This document shows positions 26,397 through 37,000 of a stretch of DNA of 64,000 nucleotides, in pieces (the first letter of the stretch is position 1; the number at the start of each line of letters is the position of its first letter). Source of the stretch: Monocercomonoides exilis PA203 (lineage: Eukaryota; Protista; Preaxostyla). The stretch covers positions 62,001-126,000 of the forward strand of contig LSRY02000021.1 of assembly GCA_001643675.2 (NCBI GenBank), read 5' to 3'. Both the position numbers and the translations under genes were made by a program. A model generated the notes under the pieces. It did not search any database, had not been told where the DNA came from, and saw only the letters and a program-made list of their open reading frames with translations.

Positions 26397-27318
26397 ATGG
26401 CAACAACAAAACGATTGATATGCATTTTCGATTGTGAAGATCATGCAGGATTTCCGAATATGATAAAGGATTTTTTAGGTGATGCATATGAGTACGAAGT
26501 ATTTCAGGCTCCAAAACTCCTTCTACCTCCTGTTGATGAGACTTCTCGATACGATTGTTTTATTTTAACTGGTTCACTAACATCCGCGCATGAAACAGAA
26601 AAAGAAATTCCAGGAACATGGGTTCAAAAATTTGGACAATATGTCAAAGATCTTACATCTCTTATTATCGACAGAAACAGAACAGCAACGAAAAAGCAAA
26701 AGCTGATTGGCATTTGCTTTGGGCAGCAGATTATTGCGCATTATTTGGGGGGGAAATGCGAAAAAGCAGAACAACCTCGCCATGGAATTGAAAAACTTAA
26801 ATTCGAGCCACAGTTTGAAAGTACATTCTTTTTAAGTTATTCAATTTATTGAATTGTAAATTATCCGAAGATTTTATGAGGTGAAAGCTGTAAGAACTGC
26901 AGCCAAAGAAGTATTTGGAATGAGTCCTCCATTTGACGAATTGCTATTTCCATCAATTGAGCCAATTGAATTTCGTTCTGATTATTTATCACAAATTCCT
27001 CCATCTGCAACTCTCCTTGCGAAAAGCAAATATTCACCTGCCGAAGCATTTACAATTGGAGACGATATTTTAGGTTTGTTATTTTATTTTTTTCAGAAAT
27101 AATAACAAAAAATTTACATCATAAAAAAAACAATTTTATAAGGGGTTCAATTTCATCCAGAATTTACAAAAGAATTTGTTTTGAGAGACCTTTTACCTTA
27201 CAAAAAAAGTAAGGATCCTTCTTTTGAACTTCATGCTCCCGAGACATCATTTGATGTTACAAAAAGCACACAAATGTTCATGCAATCATTTTTAAGAGCA
27301 TTTATTGAAGATAATTAG
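26397..27318 (+). CDS. Class I glutamine amidotransferase-like protein (gamma-glutamyl peptidase-like); 2 introns
   Basis: ILTGS, LIGICFGQQIIA (nucleophile Cys), ILGVQFHPEF (His-Glu) assembled across an intron; TAG at 27316-18. Confidence 0.88.
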
Positions 27319-27592
27319 AATCTTATGTTCAATGATATTAAATAGATTTTTGATATATCCAGCTTTCGTCATTTTTTTATTATTTTTTCCATCAATATTC
27401 ATAATTTTCTAAAAGAAAAATATTTTTTTTAGAAAATATTGATCAATTTTCCCTTTTTATGATATATTTATATTTCAATTATCAAAAGCAATAAAATACC
27501 CAAAGAGATAAAAGCGTTTCAAAATTATTTCAGCATTTTCATTACTAATTAAAAGCGAATACGCGATTGATACAACTTAAGTTGATAAAATA

Positions 27593-30500
27593 ATGCAAGG
27601 ACAGCAATCCTCTTATGTATCTTCTCATTTTTCAAAAACCTCTACTTCACCAACTCCAAAGCAAAATACAGCGAATGACCCGCAACAAGGAATGCATTTT
27701 ATATCAAGAATGCCTTCTTCTGTAAATAGTGTCCCTCAAATGCCTTCATTTTCAGGTTCAAATCCACAACAAATACCATATCAAGGGGGATTTTTTCCCC
27801 ATTTCGACTCTCAGTTAATTGGAAGGACTCAACAACAATCTTCAACCCAGCAACAAATTCATTTGGATCCGTCTGGTGCAGTTGCTCAAAATCCTTATCA
27901 ACAAATTCCTTCTGCATTTCCTCCCGTTCCTTCGTCAATTCATCCACAATCACAGCAGCAATTTATTCCGTCATCTATGCAAGTTGTCATGTCTCAGGCA
28001 CCCTCGAGGACACATCCTCTTTTGGCTCAATCAACACCTTTCCCTCCACTTCCCGGAGATTCATCCTCATCAGGAAAATCCATGACTGGATCACCAGGAT
28101 CACTAAGTATTATGTCAACTCCTTCTGGCGGTTCATCGTCTGTGTCTTATCTTTTACCACCATCACAAGCTTCATCAAGCACATATTCAATGAAAAGATC
28201 AACTGTGCCAATTATTGGTTCTGCTCCGCAAAAAGGTAAACGCGGAAGGAAACCTTCAAAAGACAAGTCTCTTGATAGTCAGCATTTGAAAAGTTTGCAA
28301 AGAGAAGCAAGGCAGAAGGAGAAATTGGCACAATCAGGAAAAAAGAGCAAAAATATAATTGTTAACACTGCTATTGAATCGGATTTGGTAACAGGCGGAA
28401 GCAGCAGCTATGCTCCTTTCAGTTCAAATTATTATTCTCCACAGGCATCTTCTCTTTCAGGTGCTCCTTTTGCAGCAGCAGCACCACCAGCTGGAGGAGT
28501 GGAAAATACAACAATGGAGAAAGAACCAAGTTTTGGCACAAATCAGATCAAGTTTGAGGACAATTCGATGTTGGACAACTATGTTGGGATGGACATCAGC
28601 TTTGGAGATGCAAAGAAGAAGAAAAAGAAGAAGAAAAGGAAGAAAGACGCAGATGACAGGCTGTTTAGCGGAGATGAGATGGAAACAGAAGATCAATACA
28701 ATGAATACGAAGAGCAGGGGGAAGCAGGGAAGAAGGGAATGGAAGAGCTCAAAGACAATTGGATGGAAGAAGAGGATGAGGACGAGGAAGAGAGCAACAG
28801 AGCTGGAGGAAATGGAGGAGAATTCAACAGCGCTGAAGGAGGAAATAAGCAAAGTGATGGAAAGGAAGGCGATGCTTCATTAAAAGCTGATAATGGAAAC
28901 AGTTATGATTCCGAAAAAGACGACCCGTTTTCTTCATCAGACGACGACGAAGAAGAAAGCAAAGCAGCATTTTCTGAGCAGAATAAAAGTGATGCATTTG
29001 GCATGGGTGAAGTTAAGAATGAGGTCAAAAGCGAAGGAGAAAGAGAGATTTGGGCAGGAGAGAATGGAAATATGCACAAAAGTGACAGAACAATCGAAGG
29101 AGGAGGCAGAGGATACAACGAAGAATACAACAGAAGTGAAGATGGAATTATACACAACGGAATGACTGGGGAAGGAGAAGGAGAAGGAGAAGGGGAAGGG
29201 GAAGAAAGAGAGGATGATGGAGAAGGAGATGGAGAAGGAGATGGAGAAGGAGATGGAGAAGGAGACGGTGAAGGTGAAGGTGATGGAGATGCTTATGCTG
29301 ATGGTGATGGAGAAGCCGATGGCGATGGAGATTATGATGGATTCAACGACGAAAGCTCAGCAACAGGAAGAGCAATTTCGAAGAAGTCTGTTTCGAAGAG
29401 GGAGTTAATGTCGTTGCAGATGGACAACTTGAGACATGGCTCGTTGACGATGAAGATAAAGACAGAGAAGGAGAGAGAGAAGGAGAAGGAGAAGGAAGAG
29501 AAAGAAAGAGAGAGGGAGGTGCTGGAGCTGGAGAGGAGGCAAAGAGAGTGGGGGCTGATTGGAGTGGGAGAAGACGGCGAGTGGGACGAGAACTTGAAGC
29601 AGATTCTGTTCAGCAAAGACGCCGAAGAAGTGGCGAAGAAAAGGCGGGTGCAGATGCGGAGGCTGAAGGAGTATATGTCGCAGCAGCGCAAGAACAGAGG
29701 GAGGAAGGGGGTGAAATCGGCAAAGGCAGACGACACGCCAACAGGAGTGGTGATCAACGACTTGGATGTGACGAAGACGGGGGTGTATCTGCTGGACAGG
29801 AGAATTCGGGTGTCTTTTTCGTCGAAGGCGGCGGCAGGGTTTGTGCCGATGTATCCAAAAGAGGAAGGGAAGAGCGAAAGCACTGGGAGTCATTTGGCAG
29901 CGGATGAGAGAGAAGAAGAAGAGGAGGAAAGAAAAGAGGGTGGAGAAGAAAGCGAGAAAGAAGATAGCATCAACAAGGAAGCAACTGCAACCTCTTCATC
30001 TTCTTCATCCAGCACATCAGACACATCATCATCATCATCATCTTCTTCTTCTTCATCTTCGGTGGATGAGCCATTTTCTCCTCCAATTTCACCCTTTTTG
30101 TTCTCCGCGCCAACAACACCAGACATCCTCCAAAGCGAATCAAAACAGCAAGACGAAGAGTTAGAGATGCTTCTGTCTCCCACTCCATCACCCGGATTTT
30201 CTTCATCTTCTTTTTCAATTACGCCTTCATCCACCACCACCACCTCCTCTTCGTCATCCTCTTCGTCATCCTCTTCTTCGCTCCTCCAAGTTCATCTTCC
30301 CTTTTCTCCCTCAAAAATTCCCTATCGTCTTTCTCCTCCTCCTCTCCCTCTGCGCACAGTTCGCTCTTTCTCTGAGATGCTTACAGGACCCTCTTCATTC
30401 TATTCCTCTTCCTTTGGCCCATCCACTTCTTATTCCTCCTCCTCCTCTTCTTCATCTTCTTCTTCCTCTTCCTCTTCCTCCTCTTCAGATGGCGCCTTGT

Positions 30501-33500
30501 TCCGCAGCAGTGTCCAACAACCCCTGTCACCCACAATTGTTACCAAAGAGACATTTTCCAATGCTGAACGCTCGCTCATCGAACTCGACGACCAAAGAAG
30601 AGATTATGTTGGCCCAGTTGCCGCGTCGTATGTGTGGTCGTCGGAGAATGTGACAGTCAAGAGCGACGGGATGACTGTTGCTGGTGCTGTCGAAGGGTAT
30701 GTCACAGTCAGCGCCACACACGCCGTGAGAGAGGGCACATGGTTCTTTGAGGCGACTCTGCTGTCTGACACAGAGCCCATTTGGAGCACTCCATCGGAAG
30801 AGGAGAGCGATGTGAGGGCACACAGCACATCCAACTTGGTTCCTGCGAGGCCGAAGCTGAAGTCGACGTATCTGCCATACCAGAGACTGGTCTCATCGCT
30901 GCCTCCTCCGCAAATACCTGCATCCTTTGAACACAACACAAGCACTCCTTTGACACAACAGCAGTCTTCTCAATCAAATCAATCAAGTCAATCAAATCAA
31001 ACAAACAAATCATCACAATCATCTCAGCAATTGAATAATCTCACTGTCCCAGCACAGCCGACGCTGTCAACACCAGTCTATGGTCCATTGACAGGAGCAG
31101 TTGGAAACATTCCACATGTGCGAATAGGGTGGGCGATGCATGAGTCATCAAAAGAGACACCGCTGGGGACAGACAGATTTAGCTATGGATTGGATGACCT
31201 GAATGGGATGGTGATGCACTTGGGACAGGCAACGCCTCCGCTGAATGTGACAGGAAGGAAGAAGACGAAGGAGGAGGAAGAGAAGGAGAAGAAAGAGAAG
31301 GAGTTGGACAAACAGAAAAATGAACATAAGGAATTGAGTACCAAAGAAAGTGATCAAAGTTCAAAAGAAACAGATAAATCGACAAACATCAAAGTTGAGG
31401 CAAACGAAGTTGATTCGAGCAACAAGCAGCAGAAGAATGAGCCATTCATAAAAGAAGAAGAGCAGACACACCCAATCAGCCTATCAGCCAACATTTCACA
31501 GGCCATGTCTCCTGTGAAGCCTTTCTCGTTCTCTTCCTTCTTCAACGACACGAAGAAGCCTTCGTGTGAAGGGTTCATCAAAGTCGATGCCAACTCCCCT
31601 CTTTCCTGGGGCGAAGAGCAGTATGGCTTCAGATGGGACGATACCCTGCCAGCCTCTCCCTTTGAGTACCATTACTCGCCCCGCCCACTCGGTGCAGGGG
31701 ATGTCATCGGCTGTCTCATCCACCTTCCGCCTGCCTCGTCGACTGTGTCTGCACGCGAAGTGGAGCTGTCTGAGTCTTTCCTGCTGCTCATCGAGGCACA
31801 CAAGAACCTCGCCCTGTCGATGAAGAGGCCAACTGTACCTCTTCCTGGCAGCTTCATTGCGTATTTTCTGAATGGGAAGCCACTCGGCATCGCTGCTGTG
31901 GACATCGAGCGAGGCGACTATCGGCCTTCCATCTCTCTTTTTGGCAAGGCAAAGGCGATGTTCAACTTCGGCCCGCATTTCAGATATCCTCTTCCACAGC
32001 CCATTCAGATGCACACTCTGTTGGGACTGGAGAAGAACTTGCCTGTTTTTGTGCCTGAGAAGATGCTGAATGCACACAGCACTACTGCTGCTAATTCATC
32101 TGTGTATGCATCAACGCATTCAATTGGCAACACATATGGATCATCAACATCAACAACATCCTCTTCCTCTTCATCATCTTCATCTTCATCATCCTCTCCC
32201 TCTCCTCCTGAAGGATATCGCCAGATCACTCTGCCAGCCAGTGCCTTCTTCCCTCCACAGCTTCTGCCAGAAGAGAGAAGTGAGCCTTTGTTTAGGAAGA
32301 AGCTGCTGCAGATGATTGAGCAGAGGAAGACGATCATTCGGCCGCTACTGACGAAGAAGAAGAAGAAAGAATATCATCCGAGCAATTGCGATGATTATGA
32401 CAGGTTTGACTACACTGCATTTGACATGTCAAACAAAAAATGGCTGAAGAAGGATGACACGAAAGGATGTGGGTGTTGTGGTGGATGCTGTGCGAATGAG
32501 AATGTAATGAAGGAGAATAACAATGGAGTGAATAATTCATGTGGGCACATCTCTTCCTCATCAGATGCTCTTGTCTCAATTCGTCACTTACCATCAAAAT
32601 ACAACTTTAATCAGCCATCTTTTTCATTGTGCCATCCAAAAGCATCAGCGAAGAATGCAAAATGCACAAATTTCTTTTCTCTGTTGCCATCTGCACAGAC
32701 TATGCAGCGTCCATTGAGCGTGCCTCATCTTCTTCCCATCGTCAACTTTGACATGGAACGAGGATGCTTCATCAACAATCCACTTTCTTCAACTTATTCA
32801 TCATCATCATCATCTTCTTCTTCTTCTTCTTCTCTTATTCCCTCCAAACACAGCAACACCCACCCCACTTCGCCCCCTCCACTTCGCTCTCTCCTCTTCC
32901 CCTCAGACAATCCTTATCCTTCTGGTGTTGCCCCGTCTCTCTTGTTTGAGCACCGCCGCAGCTGCTACTGCTGCACCACCACCATCCAGCCAGAGCCCAA
33001 TCCAGCACCCGACTTCCCCTCTTCTCTCTTCATCCATCGGCATCTGAAGAATCTGAAGTGCGAATGCGAAATGTGCCTCGAAATAGAAGACACTGCCTCA
33101 CATGCAGCTGCTGCAGAGTCTGGTGTGATCCGCCCGCCGCTCAGCAGAAAGTTCCCATTTGATGCTGTGATTGGTAGTGGAGACAACAAAAATCATCCAT
33201 CATCATCATCATCATCATCTTCTTCTTCTTCTTATTCATTATCAACCACATCATCTACTTATCCAAATGGATTGTCTCTCTTTCGCTCTTTCGAGTCCTC
33301 CCATCCTGTTGAGTGCACGTTCCCGCCAGACACGAAGGTTCCGATGCCTCCTCACCCACTCCAGTCAGAAGACACCCTCATTTTGCTCTCTCTCCACTAC
33401 CACCGACCTCTGCTTCCTTCTTCATTCGCCTGGAAGTCGTCGCATTTGATGCGAAAAGTGCCTCAAAAGAGAGTGGCAGAGGTTGTCATCACCCGTATCG

Positions 33501-33730
33501 AAGAGGTGCCTGACCAGAAGACAGAAGAATTCCCCATTCAGGGCAAAGACGGGAAGGGGCTGAGGAAGATAGCAACATCTCCTTCGCAAATAAAGTCCAT
33601 TCGGAATTTGGGGAAGCCCTCGCAAGCAGAAGCAGAGCTGTTTGATTCAGACAACGAGGCTGAAAGCGATACAGGAGAAGAAGACGACATGCCCAGCCCG
33701 TTCTGCCCGGTCATCATTTCTCGTGTGTGA
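27593..33730 (+). CDS. ASH2L: ASH2L/Bre2-like SPRY-domain subunit of the COMPASS H3K4 methyltransferase complex, greatly expanded (2045 aa)
   Basis: Split SPRY motifs GYVTVSATHAVREGTWFFE, PHVRIGW, PLGTDRFSYG, GDVIGCLIHLP, GSFIAYFLNG..G.YRPSISLF..FNFGPHFRYP; AT-hook-like KRGRKP. Confidence 0.8.
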   Translation: MQGQQSSYVSSHFSKTSTSPTPKQNTANDPQQGMHFISRMPSSVNSVPQMPSFSGSNPQQIPYQGGFFPHFDSQLIGRTQQQSSTQQQIHLDPSGAVAQNPYQQIPSAFPPVPSSIHPQSQQQFIPSSMQVVMSQAPSRTHPLLAQSTPFPPLPGDSSSSGKSMTGSPGSLSIMSTPSGGSSSVSYLLPPSQASSSTYSMKRSTVPIIGSAPQKGKRGRKPSKDKSLDSQHLKSLQREARQKEKLAQSGKKSKNIIVNTAIESDLVTGGSSSYAPFSSNYYSPQASSLSGAPFAAAAPPAGGVENTTMEKEPSFGTNQIKFEDNSMLDNYVGMDISFGDAKKKKKKKKRKKDADDRLFSGDEMETEDQYNEYEEQGEAGKKGMEELKDNWMEEEDEDEEESNRAGGNGGEFNSAEGGNKQSDGKEGDASLKADNGNSYDSEKDDPFSSSDDDEEESKAAFSEQNKSDAFGMGEVKNEVKSEGEREIWAGENGNMHKSDRTIEGGGRGYNEEYNRSEDGIIHNGMTGEGEGEGEGEGEEREDDGEGDGEGDGEGDGEGDGEGEGDGDAYADGDGEADGDGDYDGFNDESSATGRAISKKSVSKRELMSLQMDNLRHGSLTMKIKTEKEREKEKEKEEKEREREVLELERRQREWGLIGVGEDGEWDENLKQILFSKDAEEVAKKRRVQMRRLKEYMSQQRKNRGRKGVKSAKADDTPTGVVINDLDVTKTGVYLLDRRIRVSFSSKAAAGFVPMYPKEEGKSESTGSHLAADEREEEEEERKEGGEESEKEDSINKEATATSSSSSSSTSDTSSSSSSSSSSSSVDEPFSPPISPFLFSAPTTPDILQSESKQQDEELEMLLSPTPSPGFSSSSFSITPSSTTTTSSSSSSSSSSSSLLQVHLPFSPSKIPYRLSPPPLPLRTVRSFSEMLTGPSSFYSSSFGPSTSYSSSSSSSSSSSSSSSSSSDGALFRSSVQQPLSPTIVTKETFSNAERSLIELDDQRRDYVGPVAASYVWSSENVTVKSDGMTVAGAVEGYVTVSATHAVREGTWFFEATLLSDTEPIWSTPSEEESDVRAHSTSNLVPARPKLKSTYLPYQRLVSSLPPPQIPASFEHNTSTPLTQQQSSQSNQSSQSNQTNKSSQSSQQLNNLTVPAQPTLSTPVYGPLTGAVGNIPHVRIGWAMHESSKETPLGTDRFSYGLDDLNGMVMHLGQATPPLNVTGRKKTKEEEEKEKKEKELDKQKNEHKELSTKESDQSSKETDKSTNIKVEANEVDSSNKQQKNEPFIKEEEQTHPISLSANISQAMSPVKPFSFSSFFNDTKKPSCEGFIKVDANSPLSWGEEQYGFRWDDTLPASPFEYHYSPRPLGAGDVIGCLIHLPPASSTVSAREVELSESFLLLIEAHKNLALSMKRPTVPLPGSFIAYFLNGKPLGIAAVDIERGDYRPSISLFGKAKAMFNFGPHFRYPLPQPIQMHTLLGLEKNLPVFVPEKMLNAHSTTAANSSVYASTHSIGNTYGSSTSTTSSSSSSSSSSSSSPSPPEGYRQITLPASAFFPPQLLPEERSEPLFRKKLLQMIEQRKTIIRPLLTKKKKKEYHPSNCDDYDRFDYTAFDMSNKKWLKKDDTKGCGCCGGCCANENVMKENNNGVNNSCGHISSSSDALVSIRHLPSKYNFNQPSFSLCHPKASAKNAKCTNFFSLLPSAQTMQRPLSVPHLLPIVNFDMERGCFINNPLSSTYSSSSSSSSSSSSLIPSKHSNTHPTSPPPLRSLLFPSDNPYPSGVAPSLLFEHRRSCYCCTTTIQPEPNPAPDFPSSLFIHRHLKNLKCECEMCLEIEDTASHAAAAESGVIRPPLSRKFPFDAVIGSGDNKNHPSSSSSSSSSSSYSLSTTSSTYPNGLSLFRSFESSHPVECTFPPDTKVPMPPHPLQSEDTLILLSLHYHRPLLPSSFAWKSSHLMRKVPQKRVAEVVITRIEEVPDQKTEEFPIQGKDGKGLRKIATSPSQIKSIRNLGKPSQAEAELFDSDNEAESDTGEEDDMPSPFCPVIISRV
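29168..29335 (+). repeat. Coding tandem repeat (GGAGAAGGAGAT-like) encoding (GE/GD)n inside the ASH2L-like ORF
   Basis: GEGEGEGEGE..GEGDGEGDGEGDGEGD in translation. Confidence 0.8.
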
Positions 33731-34079
33731 GAGCGGATTTATGTAATCTCCAAAGCTTTTTATCTCAGCTGAGCTTTCATGCAATTCAATTATTTAATCA
33801 TTTCTTACCACATCACAAACTTTGTTTTTTTTGTAATAATATTCATTAATACGGAATAATCTTTTCAGAATAAGCAATGAATTTCATGCGATGATTTTTT
33901 ATTTTCATAATACTAAGATTCTTTTATTAGTGGGTTGAAAATTTGATTCGTGAATTTTGAATTAAAAACAAAAATTTCAATGCCCATAAATCAAAACATT
34001 ATTTTGATAAATAGTCTTTTGTGCTTGATAAAAAGGACATTTTAACTTTTTGTTTTCCAATTGAACTGTATATATTAAA

Positions 34080-37000
34080 ATGGATCGATATATCAGGCAA
34101 AAAGTTGTTGGTTTGCTTTATATGATTTTTACATTATTATTCATAATAATTTAATTGTCAATAAAGGACGAGGAAGCTTTGGAGCAGCAGTACTCGTTAA
34201 ACACAAAGGAAATGGAAGATTATATATCATGAAAGAGATTAATATTTCACAATTATCAAAGAAAGAGAAAGAAGAATCAATTAATGAAATTCGCATTTTG
34301 TCAAAACTTAGGTAAAACGCAAAAAGTTATTATCTTTATATATAGCTTATTTGTTGTTTGTTTTTTCAGACATCCTAACATTGTTTCATACCGAGAATCT
34401 TTTGTTGAAAAAGGATTGTTATGTATTTTGATGGATTATTGCGATTCTGGAGACTTATATCAACGTTGCCAAAAACAACGTGGAGTCCTAATGAAAGAAG
34501 ATGTATGCAAAGATATTTATGTATTTCAAAAAGCTAATATTTCAAAATGATTATTTATTTTTTAATTTTAGGATATTCTTTTGTATTTCGTTCAAATTTG
34601 CTTAGCATTAAAGCATGTTCATGACCGAAAGATTCTTCACAGAGATCTTAAAACACAAAACATTTTCTTAACTGCTCAAAATGTTGTGAAATTAGGTGAT
34701 TTTGGTATTGCTCGAATGTTAAACTCAACAGGAGAAATGGCAAAAACCGCAATTGGAACACCATATTATCTATCTCCAGAAATCTGTGAAGACCGTCCAT
34801 ATGATGCAAAATCTGATATTTGGTCGCTTGGCTGTGTTTTGTATGAACTTACAACTTTAAAACACGCATTCGATGCAAACAACATGAAGGGGCTTGTGAT
34901 GAAGATTTTGAGAGGTTCTTATCCTCCAATTTCTCCACAGTACAGGCATGATAATTCTTTATCATTTATTTTTTTAAAAATCGATATTGAATTATTTACA
35001 ATCGTTCATTTTTCAAATATAATTTTTAATGTGCATTACACTCATGCAACAGTGCTGATCTTCGTAACCTGATTGCATCAATGCTTAACAAAAACCCTCG
35101 CCAGCGTCCGACAATCAACAACATTCTGAAGCTGCCCATTATGCAGAAGCGTATCAACATGTTCCTGTCAGCTACGCTGGTGTCTGAAGAGTTCTCACAC
35201 ACCATCATGCACGGCATCCGCCTCAAAGACGAAGCTGAACCATTCAACCCAGCTGAAACAGGCGCCCTTCCCGATGCACGTTCTGCCCTCCCCAATTTCG
35301 GCATCCCTGTCAAAAAGGCTTCTCTTCAGCCACCATCCCATCCAACCTCATCTGCCCCCTCTCCTTCAGCCCCTTCCCACACCCCTGCACTCCCTGGCCC
35401 CAAATACATGGTGCCTGCCACACGCCCCACGGCTGCCCCGAGCAGCTCAGCCATTCCAGGCGGCAGAGGCATCGCAGCTGGTGTCAACGGGGCTGCCCCG
35501 TCCTCAGCCATCCAAAGAGGACCTTCGCCTGCTCCCCCACTCAGACCAGCCTCAGCAGCGCACTCACAAAATGAGAGAGCGCCTTCGCCAGCTGCGCAGC
35601 ATCCAGCATATGTTGTTGGGCCAAGTGGAAGAAGATACGCAAACAAAGAGGAAATGGAGAGGTGTGAATAAACAGTAAAATTGGACATAGATAATTTTAT
35701 ATTATTTATTTATTGATTTTTTTATTAATTTGAATAAAAGAATTGAGAAGCTGATTCGAGATAGGGAACTTGCACAGAAAGCTGCCGATGAAGAGCGGGC
35801 GAAGGTGAGACAGGCAGAAAAAGAGGCAGCGCTTGCGAGAGAAAGGCAGAGGGCATCAGAACTTGCGAGAAGGCAACAAGAAGCAGCAGCAGCCGCAGCA
35901 GAAGCGTTGAAGCAGCGGATGGAGCGTCTGAAGCGGCAGGAGGAAGAGAAAGAGAGAGAAAGGCAGAGGTACCTGGCACAGCTGGAGGCAGAGCGAAGAG
36001 AGCGAGCGTCGCGTGCAGCAGAGATGGAGGAGAAGCGGCAGAGGGAGAAGAGAGAGAGAGAAGAGAGAGAGAGGAAGATCAGAGAAGACGCGAGAAGGAA
36101 CTTTCTGGAGATGCAAGCAGCAGCCCAGCGGAACAAGATGCGGGCCATTGCTGATTTGGGAATCGAAAGAGCGCCAACAGATAACAGAGGAAGCGACTCG
36201 GCACGTGATTACAATGCAGCTCCTTCTTCTGTCTACGGTGCCCCAAAGAAAACATCCTCACCGCCTTCTCAGCGCCCTTCTTCTGCACATTCATACCCTG
36301 CACGTCGCTCTTCTCCCTCTTCCTCCTCTTCCTCCTCTTCTTCCTCATCTCGCAGTTCTCCCCCTCGTTCTGCCCCTCAGCGTTCATCCACTCCTCCTGT
36401 CTCTTCGTCCAATGCAGGCGGCGGAGGAGCGCCAATTGTTGGCTTCGGACTCGGTGGCGGGCTTTCGATGCCGTCGCATCCGCATCCGAAGAAGACAGCC
36501 CCAAAAACATCAGCAAAAAGAACAGCGCCGTCGACTGCCTCAAAACCAACCAGCATTTCCCACCGGCCTTCTTCTGCAGGCAGACCATCTGCCCCGCTGA
36601 GACCAAAATCTGCTTCAAAAATAGCAGCAGCTTCGTCGTCGTCTTCTTCTGCCAAGTCAACAAAATCTGTCACTCCACCTGTTCGTCGCCCGCCTGCCAC
36701 TGCTGTCCCTTCATCGTCTTCTTCCTTGTCTCATGCAACGCCTTCCTCTCAGCCGAAACAGAGGCCGAAGACGATGGCGACGGAGAATGCAGCGAAGAAG
36801 GACATTCATGTTGTGCCAGCGCTGCCAGACAACACGATCGGAAGGGAAATAGCAGCAGACAGAAAGCAGAAGAGACAAGAACTGGAAGACAAAATGAACA
36901 AACTGGTGGAGCAGATGAAGCAGCAGCAGCTCGATGCAAACAAGTCTCCCCACAAATCTCCCGCAAAATCACCTGCCCATTCGCCAAAGGCAGTGTCGTC

